Shown piece after piece: positions 47,998 through 61,110 of a stretch of DNA of 64,000 nucleotides. This DNA is from Takakia lepidozioides. Its lineage: Eukaryota; Plantae; Bryophyta. The translations under genes and the position numbers were made by a program. The notes beneath the pieces were generated by a model, which worked only from the letters and a program-made list of their open reading frames with translations, was not told the origin of the DNA and did not search any database. The stretch's first letter is position 1, and each line of letters begins with the position of its first letter. The stretch is taken from positions 1,674,001-1,738,000 of the forward strand of contig CM060733.1 of the NCBI GenBank assembly GCA_030704615.1, given 5' to 3'.

Positions 47998-50400
47998 TCA
48001 CCAGTAATCGCCCACAAGAACAAACCCCAACTTGGAAATGGTGAAAGCGGTTGGCCTCCCGTACAACAATTGCTCGCCCAGAAATCTTTGAGATGAACTT
48101 GTGATGCAGTGTGGCAGTCACCACACACCCGAAGGTTCTCGATGATACGAAAGGGGACCCAGCGGACATGCTAATCAGGCCAAGAGCAATGGCGAGCTTC
48201 TCGCTGTGTTGACAAAGAGAAATATCCTTTTGTTTCTCTTCCACATCATGCAATACGAATCGAGTGTCAGGCACGTACCCCGCCTCCTTCATCTGCCAAG
48301 ACAATCTCTTCAGCTCAACATGGATTTCCTCAAGTCGTGGATGCAATTTATCATCTACAACGAAATATGCACCTGATTATAGACCTCTATGCAGCACCGA
48401 CCAGGCTCCTTACTGATACCTCTGTCCCACATCATCCTCCTCACCTTTGCGGCATCGTCCCACCTGCCAGCCGCAGCATAGAGGTTGCATAGAAGCACAT
48501 ACGTTGCCGCATCCTGCAGATCCCACTCAAGAAGATTGATGCACGTTCTGCCACCTCCAGATTCCCATCAATTCTGCAGGCACCAAGCAAAGTCCCCCAC
48601 TTCGCTTGGCATTTTCTTGATGAAGTCCTATGCCTCATCCACATGCCCTGCACGGCCTAGAAGGTCCACCATGCAGCCAAAATGTTGGTTTGTGGAAGTC
48701 AGGCCATGAGCTTGACTATAGAATCAAAGTAATGACTGCCTTCATCTACTAGTCCCACATGACTACATGCAAAGAGAACAAACACTGTATTTGTTAAAAG
48801 TGGACAGGATGGTAGAAAAGTGGACATGATCATATTAGAAGGTCTATGAACAGAAATAAAGGTACAACTAAAAATATTTTCTTGTATGAAATCTAATCTC
48901 CATAATAAAGGATATACATATGAAATGGATTCAATCAAAATAAATATACGGTGCAATATATACATGATGATGTCATGAAATTTATCATTGTAATGGTATT
49001 ATGTGTAAAACAAACGTCTTGCTTCATAGATTGATGGAAACCAGACATGTCATATATGAAATAAAAAATGGTTGGAATTCCTGGATGCATCATGATATAC
49101 TATTATGGATGTTTCTCCCTTATGATTTTCATAATATATATTAACAATATATGTACATATTATATTGTTATTATGTAGATAAATGTCTGACGTATGGATA
49201 AAAGAGTACCTCAAATATTGAAAGACTTGAAATTTACAATGTTTCATGCCCGTGATGACAAAACTCTTCGCACCTTAGTTATAAGGTATTGATGTAAACT
49301 TAGGACTACCATCAACGATTCTATTGCAAATGAAAAAAAAAAAAAAACTTTTAGCCAAAGTCGACACAAACAAATATCATTTTACCATTCGGCTACAACC
49401 TCTTATTGGAGATACGCCATTTCAATTCTCCTACAATAAAAGTGAACAAGCCATTGTCCACTTTTAACGAATACAGTGTTAACAGCATATATAAAAGTGA
49501 TACCATTCGGCTTCAACCCTTCCTGTTGCATTTGTTCCAATAGTTGCAGGGCCACCCTACCACACCCGTGTTGAGCATATCCTGCAATCATAGCACTCCA
49601 TGAGACCACATGTCGTTCAACCATATTGTCAAACACTAGCCAGACATTTTTATATCCCTGCATTTGGCATACATGTCAATAAGGGTATTTTCCAAAGTGA
49701 CTGTTGGCTCAATTCCAGCTTTGATAATGTCAGCATGGATTTCTGTGCCATTTTCCACGGTTGCCAGGCTGGCACAGGCGTTGAAAACATAAACAAAAAT
49801 GACCTGGTTGGGTGTCACCCCTTCCCGTATCATTCGCTCATATGTCTCTAAAGCCTCCCTACCACATCCATGTTGGGCATATCCTGAAATCATTGCACTC
49901 CAGGAGAGCATCTCGTTCAGCCACCAGGCTGGCACATGCATTGAAACACACACAAACGTTACCTGGTTGGGCATAACCCCTTTCTGTATCTTTTGCTCAT
50001 AGATCTCCAAAGCCTTTTTACCACATCCAAGCTGAGCATATCCTGCGCACTCCATGAGACCACATTTTGTTGAGCATATTGTCAAACACTAGATGCGCAT
50101 CCGTCATGTTCCCACATTTGGCATACATGTGGCAAGGGCAGTTTCCAGGACGATATTTGGCTCAATTCTGTCTTTGATATATCAGCATGGATCTTTTTGC
50201 CCTTTCCCAAGTGGCTAGGCTGGCACATGCATCGAGAACGGAAGTGAATGTGACTTTGTCCGGTACCACACCCTTCCCATATCATTTGCTCATAGGTCTC
50301 CAAGGCCTCCTGACCACACCCTTGCTGAGCATATCCTGCAATCATCGCACTCCATGAAACCACATCTCGTCCAGCCATATTGTCGAAAACTCGACGGGCC
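47998..50400 (-). pseudogene. PLS-DYW PPR gene 2, disrupted
   Basis: RDVVSWSAMIAGYAQQG repeats; HPRLEEIHVELKRL...HSEKLAIA...CGDCH...DYW* (stop 47998-48000); MITE insertion; 5' end replaced at ~50400. Confidence 0.9.
48781..49480. mobile_element. 700-bp non-autonomous TIR element (MITE) inside PPR gene 2
   Basis: 26-bp TIR AACACTGTATT(T/C)GTTAAAAGTGGACA with one mismatch; AACA on both flanks; AT-rich interior. Confidence 0.85.
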
Positions 50401-50819
50401 TCCTCTCCCACCTCAACTCTCCTTATGTTCAAGATATTCGTAAAGAGTTTCGCACGTCTTTTCAAGACGAATGTACTTCTTTCTCTCTGAGTTGACATCC
50501 ACATTCCTTTGCAGTTTCAGGAAACATAAACTTTCCCGGCTTCAAGCCAAAACCTTGAAGACGATGAAGAATATCCCTACGTAAGCCATTCTCTACGATC
50601 CTAACGACTCCAAGCCCAACAGGGAAACAACCCATACAAAAATGCCACGGGCTTCCATGCCCGACCCTTCACTTTCAGATTAATGTGACCTCCCCCCCTC
50701 CAAAGGCTTTTTTCTCTCCTCGTTGTGAATTGCTCCTGCATTGTTGGTGCTATCCTCCACACCAGCCATGATTCCAATGATTCCAGCAACCACACCTAGC
50801 GCACAAGGCAGACGCGCAC

Positions 50820-51060
50820 GGAGACACGCAAACACAAACGAAGACAGCGAGCGAGAAAGAAGCGGCAGTGAGTGACAAACTTGGTGATTTCGGGCATTTC
50901 GGGCAGGGTCCAAAAATGTTGACGTTGATGACGTGGTGACGCACAAACACAAACGAAGACAACAAGCAAGAAGAAGCGGCGGCGCATGAGTGACAAGCTC
51001 GGTGATTTCGGGCATTTCGGGCAGGGTCCAAAAACTTGACGTTGATGACGTGGTGACGAA
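50820..51060. repeat. ~120-bp tandem duplication
   Basis: caaacacaaacgaagac...gatttcgggcatttcgggcagggtccaaaaa...gacgtggtgac occurs twice. Confidence 0.85.
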
Positions 51061-51164
51061 ACGTGGCAACGATGACGGCTACGAAACGTGGCGACGATGA
51101 TGTGGCACTATGGCACCCTATTCCTGCTCTACGCTAAACTAGCTTCCGACCTTGTGTCGCTAGA

Positions 51165-51610
51165 ATATCTAGTTATATAAGCGCTGCCACATCAAAAGTC
51201 AATGCTCTACGCTGTAATTACCCATCATTAATCTTTTGACACGTGTCCACTTTCATCTTCTCAATGTAAAAAAACTTACAAATGAATGAACCTTTCCATC
51301 CAAGTTCCTAGCCTTTTCAAAAATATATACTCTACGTGGCATGAAAGTTTGAATCCAACACTTGCTGGAATATTCAACCTTCTCACCACCAAGATACACC
51401 TGCTATATTGATGGTATGTTAAACTACAATGTATATACATAGATATAGATGCTCATACATTAAAAGTGTATGCTCTACGCTATATAATTACCTGTCATTA
51501 TTTTTTGACACGTGTCTTCTGTCATCTGTTCTCAATATGAGAAAGCTTACAAATGATTCAAATGGAATATATATTAATCTTCCTTAAGTTAATATATGTA
51601 TTAACTAGGG
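51165..51610. mobile_element. Helitron-like non-autonomous fragment
   Basis: 51297-51440 resembles 32245-32390; ~85-bp direct repeats at 51202 and 51470; AGTTAATA-TATG-TATTAACT hairpin running into CTAG at ~51587-51608. Confidence 0.4.
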
Positions 51611-52079
51611 AAGGGGGATCCAAACCCTCACCACCTAGTGAAGGTATATCTGGAGGCTTACCCATTCAGCCTACCTCCTCCATTACTCGCACTCTATACC
51701 CGCTCAAAAGGAGTCCCTACAATGCCTCTATCCCAAATAAATTGGGACAGAGCCAATAAAAGACAATGAAGCCAGCAAGAGCCGAGAAGAAACTACTGCT
51801 CAAGGGATTGCCTAAGGGTCAAAGCTTCGTGCAGAAAAGCTGCCAAGCATTTCTGATCCTCATAATGGAAGACTTATATGAGAGATTGGTTTTCACAGAA
51901 AAGACAGTGGAATCTCCTACGGATCTCATAGTAAAGAGGGCAGTAAAAGAAGTGTTCTTCAGTTTTGATACAAAGGTTGGGCCCAGTGCATGATGAGCAT
52001 AGGCGGTCTTGGTCTTCTCGCTGCAAGTTATCCCATCTACCAGTCTATATCCGTAAATTGGGGGAGCCCACCCTGAATC

Positions 52080-52900
52080 ACCCCAATGCTCTCAGAAGAC
52101 AGGGAGATAAAGGCGCAGATAAGTAATTAGGCCGCAAGATTCTAACATCGCGGAGAACTAAGAATGCTCTTAGTGGAAATGGAGTTTTGTTGTTAGAGCT
52201 TCGGTTTGAAGTGGCATGCATGCCAACTCCGCACATAGAATGGGTGATGGAGTTGTGCTTCAAGCACCAAGCATTGTTTGGAGGAAAGATGACTGCAGCG
52301 GTTCCAATGTTTCTCCCACCAGGAGACTGGGACAGCCCAGAACTCACAGCCATAAGTGGCGGCTGGGGTGACAACGGTATCAAAGAGCCACTTTTTGGTT
52401 GGCGCAGGTGCATCTGTTTACATTTGGCCTGAAGGCGAATGGAGGCAGTCCTACCCTTTGTCAATCGGTCCATAGCATTTGAGGCAAACTGGAATTTGGG
52501 TGAGGATAACCAGACCCAGGTACGTATAGGATTTGACAACCTCAATGTCCTGCTGATTGTAGTGGAATCTGCAATCCACATGGCCATTGAAACCATGATC
52601 TTAGTTTTGCTAAGATTGACCTGCAGGCCATAGTCTTTGGAGAGGTCTTCCAGTATGCAAAGGTGGCGTTGAGGGAAGACAGGAGATTGTCCCAAGAGAG
52701 CAACAACATCAGTGTAGAGAAGTACTGATAGAAAGGAACTTTATTTTGTCCCAGGGGCTCAAAAAGAGGACTTGCTCTATGTTGCTGCCCACATAGCACT
52801 GCAGCCAGGTCAGTCCTTTTTGGAATGAGATTGTCTTGAGCTTATAAGAGAGGACTACAGAGACAGTCAAGCCCAGCAAATATCCCAATGGCACCATATG
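52080..52900 (-). pseudogene. Degraded LINE reverse transcriptase C-terminal fragment
   Basis: LEDLSKDYGLQVNLSKTKIMV; YTYLGLV. Confidence 0.65.
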
Positions 52901-54597
52901 TGCAGCAAATTGGCCATTCCTGTGCATCACGCCAAGACGCTATCTTAGATGCATATCTCTCCATCCTCTCTTTTCTCCCAACATTTCCATGATACACCAG
53001 CATTTATCCAGATGTCAATCCAACTTGCCATGTAGAACATAGGCTGCTAAAGTGAAGCGCTTTAGAGAAGTTGAATTCTGGCAAGAACGATTCTCAAGGC
53101 CACAGGGAGACGTAGAAGAGTTGTCATCATCACAATAACAATTTTGCAAGCTGTTAAGTACAAACTATCAAGAAGGAACAATTGCAAACCTGCCAGGGAC
53201 GCTCCCAGTCTAGGGGCATTGGCCACGCTCCCAACCAAGCACCTATGGCAACTCCATGTGCAGGAACACAAACAGCCAATTCCACTCCATCCTTTGGTCT
53301 GGACCAGAACAAAAAGACAGTTACCTACAAGATAAAAAGAGATACAAAGTGGCCCAAAAAATGGACGTACCACTTCACAAACAGTTGACCAAAGGTGGCA
53401 TGACAACTGACTCAAGAGTTGCATTTGCTTGCTAGTATCCAGCTCAGATCGGCTAGTTGCAAGCCTAGCTACTCGCAGTACAGCTCAATTGAAGTTCAGC
53501 CGGGCACGACATTCATCTGTTCAGGATACTCGATGTAGAGAGCAAGAGAGAGCATTGACCCTTGCTACACTATCGAGTGCTGCAAGGTGAGGTTTGACTG
53601 GCAACTCCTACATTGGGATTCCAACAATTAATACAGTGAGCCACTTCAAAATCAAGGTCTGATGTTTGGTCAAAGATATTTACCAAGCAAGGAAGTTCAA
53701 AGAGGATAACATCATTGACCTCTGGGACAGTGGCTAGAAAGTGAATAAAATCCAGTTCAACAACACTTGTCTGAAGCACTATAAGAAAGAGGCACACACT
53801 AGGCACCTGGTGAAAGCAAAAAGTCGCTGCCAGTCTGACCATGATGCTCCAAGGACCATTGCTGCCGGTACCACCTATCTCACCGCAAAATTAAGTCACT
53901 ATTGACTGAAAGAAAGATTCACACTGAAAGGGATTCAGGAAGATAGAAAGAATGCAAACTATGCTCACATCAGATCACATCCATAGGCCTACTGATATAA
54001 ACCAAAGATTAGAAAGTGCCAGTAAGAACTTGCCGATTGCTACAGATGGAGTTCAATATATGTCCCCTAAGACGTAATCCTGTTCACAGAAACTTTCTAG
54101 GAACCCCCAGGGAAATTGAGAGATTAGGTTTCAAATACCTCCAATAAACAAGAAAGTTGGAAAACTCACCACAAGCACGGACATGAGGCATGCCCAATAC
54201 CATGTCCTTACTGCATACCTGTGATCACAGCCAAAGTGAGCCGCATTCATCTTTTGTTGGTAGAAATCTGCTGAGGGAGATGGTCAAGAGTAATCACTTG
54301 ATATGCCACATGAAAATGAAGATAAGGAAGGTCTGTTTGAAATGTATCAGAGAATGATTGAGGGAGGGAGCAAAGTGAGACAGAGAAAGAGAAGGGGGAG
54401 GGCAAAGTGAAAAAAAAGCAGAAACCACCTTCAATAAACAAGAAATGACATCCAAAGATGAGTGCCTCATGCAGGAAAGAAAAGAGAGACAGAAAAGTGC
54501 TCTACAACATCCAATAAATGCCTGAAGAGCTATAGCACATGATACATAAGAAACAAAAAACCACTTGAAAGACAACCCAGACACAACAACAGGAGAA

Positions 54598-55446
54598 GTA
54601 CTCATAAGCCTTTGTTTGCCGTAGCCTGACAACAACAGGAGAGAGGGAGAGAAAAGAGAGAGCATAAGAGATTGATTGCCGTAGCCTTGTGGCCTAGACA
54701 AAGAGAATGTACTCATAAGACAATTGTTTGCCACAGCCTTGTGGACATAGACCCCGCCCCCAGTTTGGGTGGAACTAAAGGGAACAGAAACTACCTTTGT
54801 GGGGCCTCACTCCAGAACCTGACTTACCATGGTATAGACAATGTATCAGAAATGGATATTGTCTGCAGGGTGCCCACACATTGGGCAATTACAGAGAGAT
54901 GTACTCATAAGACGTTGTTGCCGTAGCCTTGTGGCCATTGACCCGCGCCCAGTTTGAGAACAAACAACCTACCTCTGTCAGGGGCTGACGTTGGTAGTAA
55001 GACTTACCTACCTCCATATAAAGAATTAATCCGGGTTTTCCAGATATCCTCTAGAATCCCTTCACACAAGCATCAATCTGCTGTGTGTGATTTGCCCAAA
55101 AACTAGGCCTCAGGAGGCCTGGGCTTTTGGCTCAGCCTCGAGACTTTCAAAGTTGGTAAACAGGGGTACAGGCACAATTCCCTTAATAGATTTGAAGAAG
55201 CGTCTCTTTGGTGAGAGAACCCCGGACAGTGTATCAGAAAATGAATACTCTCTTCAGATTGCCCACACAACGGGCAATTGCACTCCCTTTCCTCTCTGCT
55301 CTGTTTGCTGTTCAAAGGTAGGCTTCCTGCCCTGAGTTTAAATTTCAGTCTAGTGCCGAGAGTGGGTAGACCCTTGAGGTCATCCAAGATGTCCTCCCCA
55401 CGTCACAGACTGGAAACAAGTTCAGGGAAGTTTTCTGCCTAACTCA

Positions 55447-55450
<4 letters not shown>
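54598..55450 (-). repeat. Stack of 5'-truncated LINE 3' ends
   Basis: GTACTCATAAG..TTGCC(G/A)(T/C)AGCC at 54598, ~54661, 54709 and 54901; 54901-55445 duplicates 55488-56030. Confidence 0.8.
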
Positions 55451-55485
<35 letters not shown>

Positions 55486-57560
55486 TTGTACTCATAAGAC
55501 GTTGTTTGCCGTAGCCTTGTGGCCATTTACCCACGCCCAGTTTGAGCGGGAACAAAAGGGACAGAACCTACCTCTGTCAGGGGCTGACGTTGGTAGTAAG
55601 ACTTACCTCCATATAAAGAATTAATCCAGGTTTTCCAGATATCCTCTAGAAATCCCTTCACACAAGCATCAATCTGCTGTGTGTGATTTGCCCAAAACTA
55701 GGCCTCAGGAGGGCCTGGGCTTTTGGCTCAGCCTCGAGACTTTCAAAGTTGGTAAACAGGGGTACAGGCACAATTCCCTTAATAGATTTGAAGAGAGCGT
55801 CTCTTTGGTGAGAGAACCCCGGACAGTGTATCAGAAAATGAATACTGTCTTCAGATTGCCCACACAACGGGCAATTGCACTCTCCCTTTCCTCTCTGCTG
55901 TTTGCTGTTCAAAGGTAGGCTTCCTGCCCTGAGTTTAAATTTCAGTCTAGACCCTTGAGGTCATCCAAGATGTCCTCCCCCATGTCACAGACTGAAAACA
56001 AGTTCAGGGAAGTTTTCTGCCTAACTTCATTTTCATCAGACAATCTCATGGCAACAGACATGGCTGAGGACACTACAGCCTCTAAGTCAGATTTATCCAG
56101 CAGGGTCAAGACTTGCGGATCCAGGTCCAGGTCCTTGAGGATCTCTTCTACTCTCTTCTGCCAGGACTTAGCCTGTTTGACAGGGCGGTCCTGTTTCCAA
56201 GATATAGAGTCGATTAACTTAGGATATCTGGTGTTGGGCATATGTTGCAGCTGACCCACCATCTGACCTCGAATTCATTGTCGGGAGCTTAAGGACGGAA
56301 TGCCAAACTCACCCCGAACAGCCACATTGGCTGTTTTGGAGCATGCTGACATACACTCCTTAAGCACCCCCACTTGAATGGATTCTAGAGACTTAGCCTG
56401 GTTGGAGTTATCAACCCATATAGCAGATCCGTAATCCAAGGCAGGTCTAATAACGCGACAAAGCATGGTTTTCTAACCTCAGAGTTGACCCCTCTGCAGT
56501 GGAAAAATTTAGTGAGCCCCAGAGCTTTGCCCTTGCCAGTTTGAACAACATTCCGGATATGTGCATTCCAATTACAATTGGAGGAGAACTCAACGCCCAG
56601 GTAAGTGTAGGAAGGGAGGACCGGGATCTCTTGGCTACCCCACTGCCACTTAAGATCACTTCCTCCCTCTCCTCTGTCGTTGAATGCTACCACTGCACAT
56701 TTGCTGACATTAGCCTCTAGCCCCCAAAGATCAAAGTATCTCTGCGCAATCAACTCCTGGAGATTGGTTGGAGTCTCCCCTATGCCTGCGAAGTCATCCG
56801 CAAACATAAGGGCTGGTATGGTGGTATCACCCACCCTTAACCCAAATCCCTCACTTTCCACATCCTCGAGGAGTTGATTGATGAAAACATTGAAGAGCAG
56901 AGGGGAGAGAGTACATCCTTGAGCTACACCTTGGTCTATGTCAAAGAAGTTGGACTTCTGTCCGTTAACAGTGACACAGCTTTTGGTGTGAGCATACAAG
57001 TTGTGGACAACTCTCCACATCTTTCCCTTGATCCCACAAGACCAGAGGCGGAACCATAGGCCATCTCCCACACTGTGTCATAAGCCTTTTTGACATCCAG
57101 GAAAAAGACATAAGTGGGTTTCCCTTCTTTTTCCTTCCCTGGATAATCTGGCTTAGAGTGAAGATATGATCCACACAGCCCCTGTTTCGCCGAAAGCCAG
57201 CTTGGCCTTCGTGGAAACAACCTCTAGACTCCAGATCAACCTCGAGACGAGTACTTATAACTCTGCAGAATGTCTTGCCAACAGCATTGAGGAGCGTGAT
57301 GCCACGGTAGTTCCCCGGTTCTTCTCTGTCACCCTTCTTGTATAGATTGACAATGATCCCCTGTCGCCAGCGAAAGGGGATCATTTCAGTCTTCCAGATA
57401 AGGTTAAAGAGGAGAACTAGGGCCTCTATCATGGGATCGCCACCGTGCTTGATAAGCTCGTTGACAATACCATCAGGTCCACCGGCTTTATATCCATGTA
57501 AATGTTCAATTGCTTCCACAATCTCAGAAGAACTAATGGGAGCATAGACCAAGAGAGAGA
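55451..57560 (-). mobile_element. Non-LTR retrotransposon (LINE) ORF2: RT, C-terminal Zn finger, (CT)n tail
   Basis: KAGGPDGI, YRGITLLN, EGQAGFR, FLDVKKAYDTV, QGCTLSPLLF, FADD, YTYLGVEF, CPLCGQSEDSIHFLIHC; (AG)n at 55452-55484. Confidence 0.9.
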
Positions 57561-59636
57561 AAAGGGAGAGGATAAGCCAGAAGTTAAAGGACATAGGATA
57601 CAACTTACTGCAGAGAGATTGGTGCACCAAATGCAAATGCTACAAGCACTGCCAGCCCTGCTCCTGCACTCATCACAAACCTAACTTCAGCGGCCTGTCT
57701 ACTTCCTGTGTGAAAACATGCCAGAAAAACCTCTCCTCCCTGGGCTGTTATGCAAGCCAGTGCAGTCAGAAAGCCCATGGCTGTGAACTCTCCATCTAAG
57801 ATGGCGATAGCTGGACATCCCCATTAATTTCAATATACTTGAAGACTGTACCGATCATCAAAAACCATGAATGATTCAATATTGCTTACATTTTCACAAC
57901 AGCTTATCGAGTATTTATTCATCAGCCGTCATTTATGATTCCAGACTGGTAGATATTAGATGTTGATTGTGTTATACTAATGTTCTCAGAATCTCACATG
58001 CAGCAAAGACATATGTGAGACAACAACTCTGAAACTGACAGCAGGTGCAGAAACAACCTACAGGAAGGCTAAGAAGGCCATTTCCAAGAGCCTGCAAGAC
58101 CTGCCATGCACCACCAAACCCCTTGCCCTTACTGTCATAGGTAATGACATCACAACACTGATTGAGTGCAAAGCTGTGCTGACAACCCTCAAAACCGAAG
58201 ATACCATTTGAATTGAAAACCCTAACAACCAATGACAACTCCAGAGTTCAGACAAACATAGGGGGCCACAGCAGTCAAAGAGAAGGCTGCTTGCAAACAC
58301 AGAGAGGAAACAATCCTCAAATAGGGCAGGAGATCTTGCATGATACCCAAAATTTGAAAGTAAAAGCAACTCACTGAAGAAGGCTTGGAGGATAGCATCA
58401 CAATGGAGGCATACGTTGCCAGGAAAACAGGTAAAGCAAGAGCCTGCACAATGCACCGGTGACCAAACTGTTGAGCATCCAGATATATAAATCCATCTTG
58501 TGGGAAGTGATTAACCAGCACAATGCTTACAGCTCTGCTGACAAAGACTTGTCTTTGTCAACCAGCATTTGCAGCAGCATCCTTCCCAAAGGGCAGTATG
58601 CACAGCTCTCCTTCACAGGAAACTCATTCTCAAAACAGCTTACTGCACACCTGGATTCTTATTGCACGATATTTGGCAACATCTGGATCCAGGTTGTCAC
58701 TCTCCTTAATACAACCACTCCTTGGAACCACAACAATAGAGCTAGAGGAGCTGTTTATCCAGTAATTCGGAAGCCTTGTCGCCCTAGAGTTTTGCAATAC
58801 CCTGCTTATCATTTTTCTAAAGATTGTATTTGAAGGTTATGAAATTATCTTTCTACTATTTCCACACTGTTCTTCTTCCCTCGAGTAAAGTCGCGGTCCT
58901 GAAGCTATTTTTTCGTGCTGCATGTAATAAGCTGGGAAGAAGGCTGACATGCTCCTTATAAACATTCCTCATTTCAATGCAGAAAATGTCTACGGAAATA
59001 CAGCTCTTGAAACATCCCATGGGCCTTCCTCCAATTCCTTCGCTGACTTCTTCCTCATCAATAAGAAGTCTTCCCGCGATAGAAGACCTTTACAAAACCG
59101 GGATGAATACAGACAGATGTCGCACCAGAGTGATCTGTAGGGTTTTCACAGTCTCGGTAATGAGATGCAAGCCCATCATAGAAGGCACAATCCTCACGCC
59201 TGCCACCAAAGCTGCACACACACAGCCCCTGCAAACACACAGTGCTATCCAGCTACATACTTTCTGCCCCTTTTCTTCGTACTTGGCACTCCCATCACTT
59301 GCCATAATGCTTTCTTATTCTCCAACTCGAAGAGTGAGCGATGGGCCCTAGATCAACCTTGAGGGTAGTCGGGCAGCGTCAACCTCAACGCCCAACACAA
59401 GGCCCGCGCACATGAGCGCAAAAAGTGGCGAACTCGCCTGTCAGTGGGGCGAATTCGCCCTGGCAGGGCGTGTCACCGCGGCGAACGTGGGGAAGCGAAC
59501 CCGAAGCGACGAACCCACGTTCGCTTCGCCAGGGGTAAAGTGATTTTTTTTTTCATCTTGCGCAGTAGAAATCCTTATTTACCCAGTAAAAACGGGGCTG
59601 CGTTGTCTCGCACCTGCTGCGGCTGCGACGCCTCAG

Positions 59637-61110
59637 GATATTTGTAATCTAGGATTAGCCTAAAGAGAGGCCTTGTCCCTACAAGGCAGGGCACATTAAT
59701 GGGCTTTGTCATTAATGCCAAGAGGCAGGCCCCGGGGCCTCAGAATTTTGTGTGGCCTCGTCGTAATGAGGCCGCAGGGTTGCAGAGGGGACAGGACCTG
59801 ACAGCGGCCCCGCTACATTAAAAGGATCCCTATTCCCCTGTTTCTCTTATATATCGAAAAACTTGGCAGGGCGGAGGTTGTGGTCTGGTTGGTAGGTCGA
59901 TGGCGATTTGGCGATGGAGGGCTTGGGTTCCATTCCTAAAACGGTAGTTCCGGTGGTTGGCGCTTACTGGTAATACCTCCTCGGGTGGTATGCAACTACT
60001 CTCATGCAGGTAGTTCAGCTTGGTTTTGCAACTACCTTCATGTAGAAAATCCTAAAACTACCTGCATGGAGGTAGTTGTAAAATTCATATGCCAAAAAAA
60101 TTCTAAGTCCTTGACGTATGAAGGTAGTTCGCTCCTATATTAATGAGACAGCCTGACGGTCGTCTGACCAGCCTCATAACGACGAGGCCACACAAAATTC
60201 TGAGCCGGCCCGGGCCACCTGCCATTTCCTCGCCATGCCCCTTGATAGCCAAACCCACTCCTCGCCATGCATGCTGCCCTGCCATGCTCCATGCGAGGCC
60301 CCATGCCGCATGCTCCATGGTCATATTTGTTATCCATAGATGATTTTAGTGGGATGAGTCTAAAATGGATGAGGTTAGGGGTGGTTTAGGCTCGTTAGGG
60401 TCACGACTATTTAAACATATCTTGGCTCTCAAAGCAAAACAGCGGGGTTCTATGGATTAGTGAGTGGATTAGTGAACGCGGTTATGAGTAGATTAGATTA
60501 GTGAGGTGAGCTTGTGGATCACTAAACACTTTGATGTGGTGCAGGGCGTTCAAGAGCTTCGAGGAAACCGAGGTTGAGGTTTCCCTGGCATATCACTTAA
60601 GTGATACAAGACATGTTTAGAGGAGACCGCGGTCGAGGTTTCCCTGGCATATCACTTTGGTGATATAAGATATGTCTAGAGGAAATTGCGATCGAGGTTT
60701 CCCTAACATGATGGTATACCTTAATATGTTTGGAGGAAGCACATTCAAGGTTTCCTTAGTTTGCAAAGAACTCACTAAGCCCCAAACAAACAAACAAAAC
60801 CCTCAACCAGCCGCCGCCCTAAAAAGATCCTAACCTCATTCATCCCTTAATTTTCATGTATAACAAACATGCTATGGAGCATGCAGCATGGGGCCTGGCA
60901 TGGAGCATGGGGGAGGGCTCATAGAGCATGGTAGGGCGCATGTATGGTCAGGAGTATGGCGAGCAAGGGGGCTTGGCGAGGAAAGGGCATATGGGCCGAT
61001 AGCGGGCTGGTTGACTGCATTAAATGGCAGAAGGCTTCATTATAGCCATTAATGAGTGGCTTCCTGTAGGACAAGCCTCTCTTGAGGCTAATCCTAGATT
61101 ACGGATATGC
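59637..61110. mobile_element. Foldback-like non-autonomous element with nested inverted repeats
   Basis: ~65-bp outer IR (gtaatctaggattagcct..gagagg); inner IRs 59725-59775 / 60170-60222 and 60280-60380 / 60829-60910. Confidence 0.7.
60560..60757. repeat. ~59-bp tandem repeat, 3-4 copies, with an internal palindrome
   Basis: gagga.accg.ggt.gaggtttccctggcatatcactt..gtgata. Confidence 0.85.

Noticed and set aside
57600-59350. LINE endonuclease or ORF1 upstream of the RT
   Set aside because: No diagnostic motifs could be read; too degraded to call.
60560-60757. CRISPR-like repeat array
   Set aside because: Units are contiguous without unique spacers, the context is eukaryotic and there are no cas genes.
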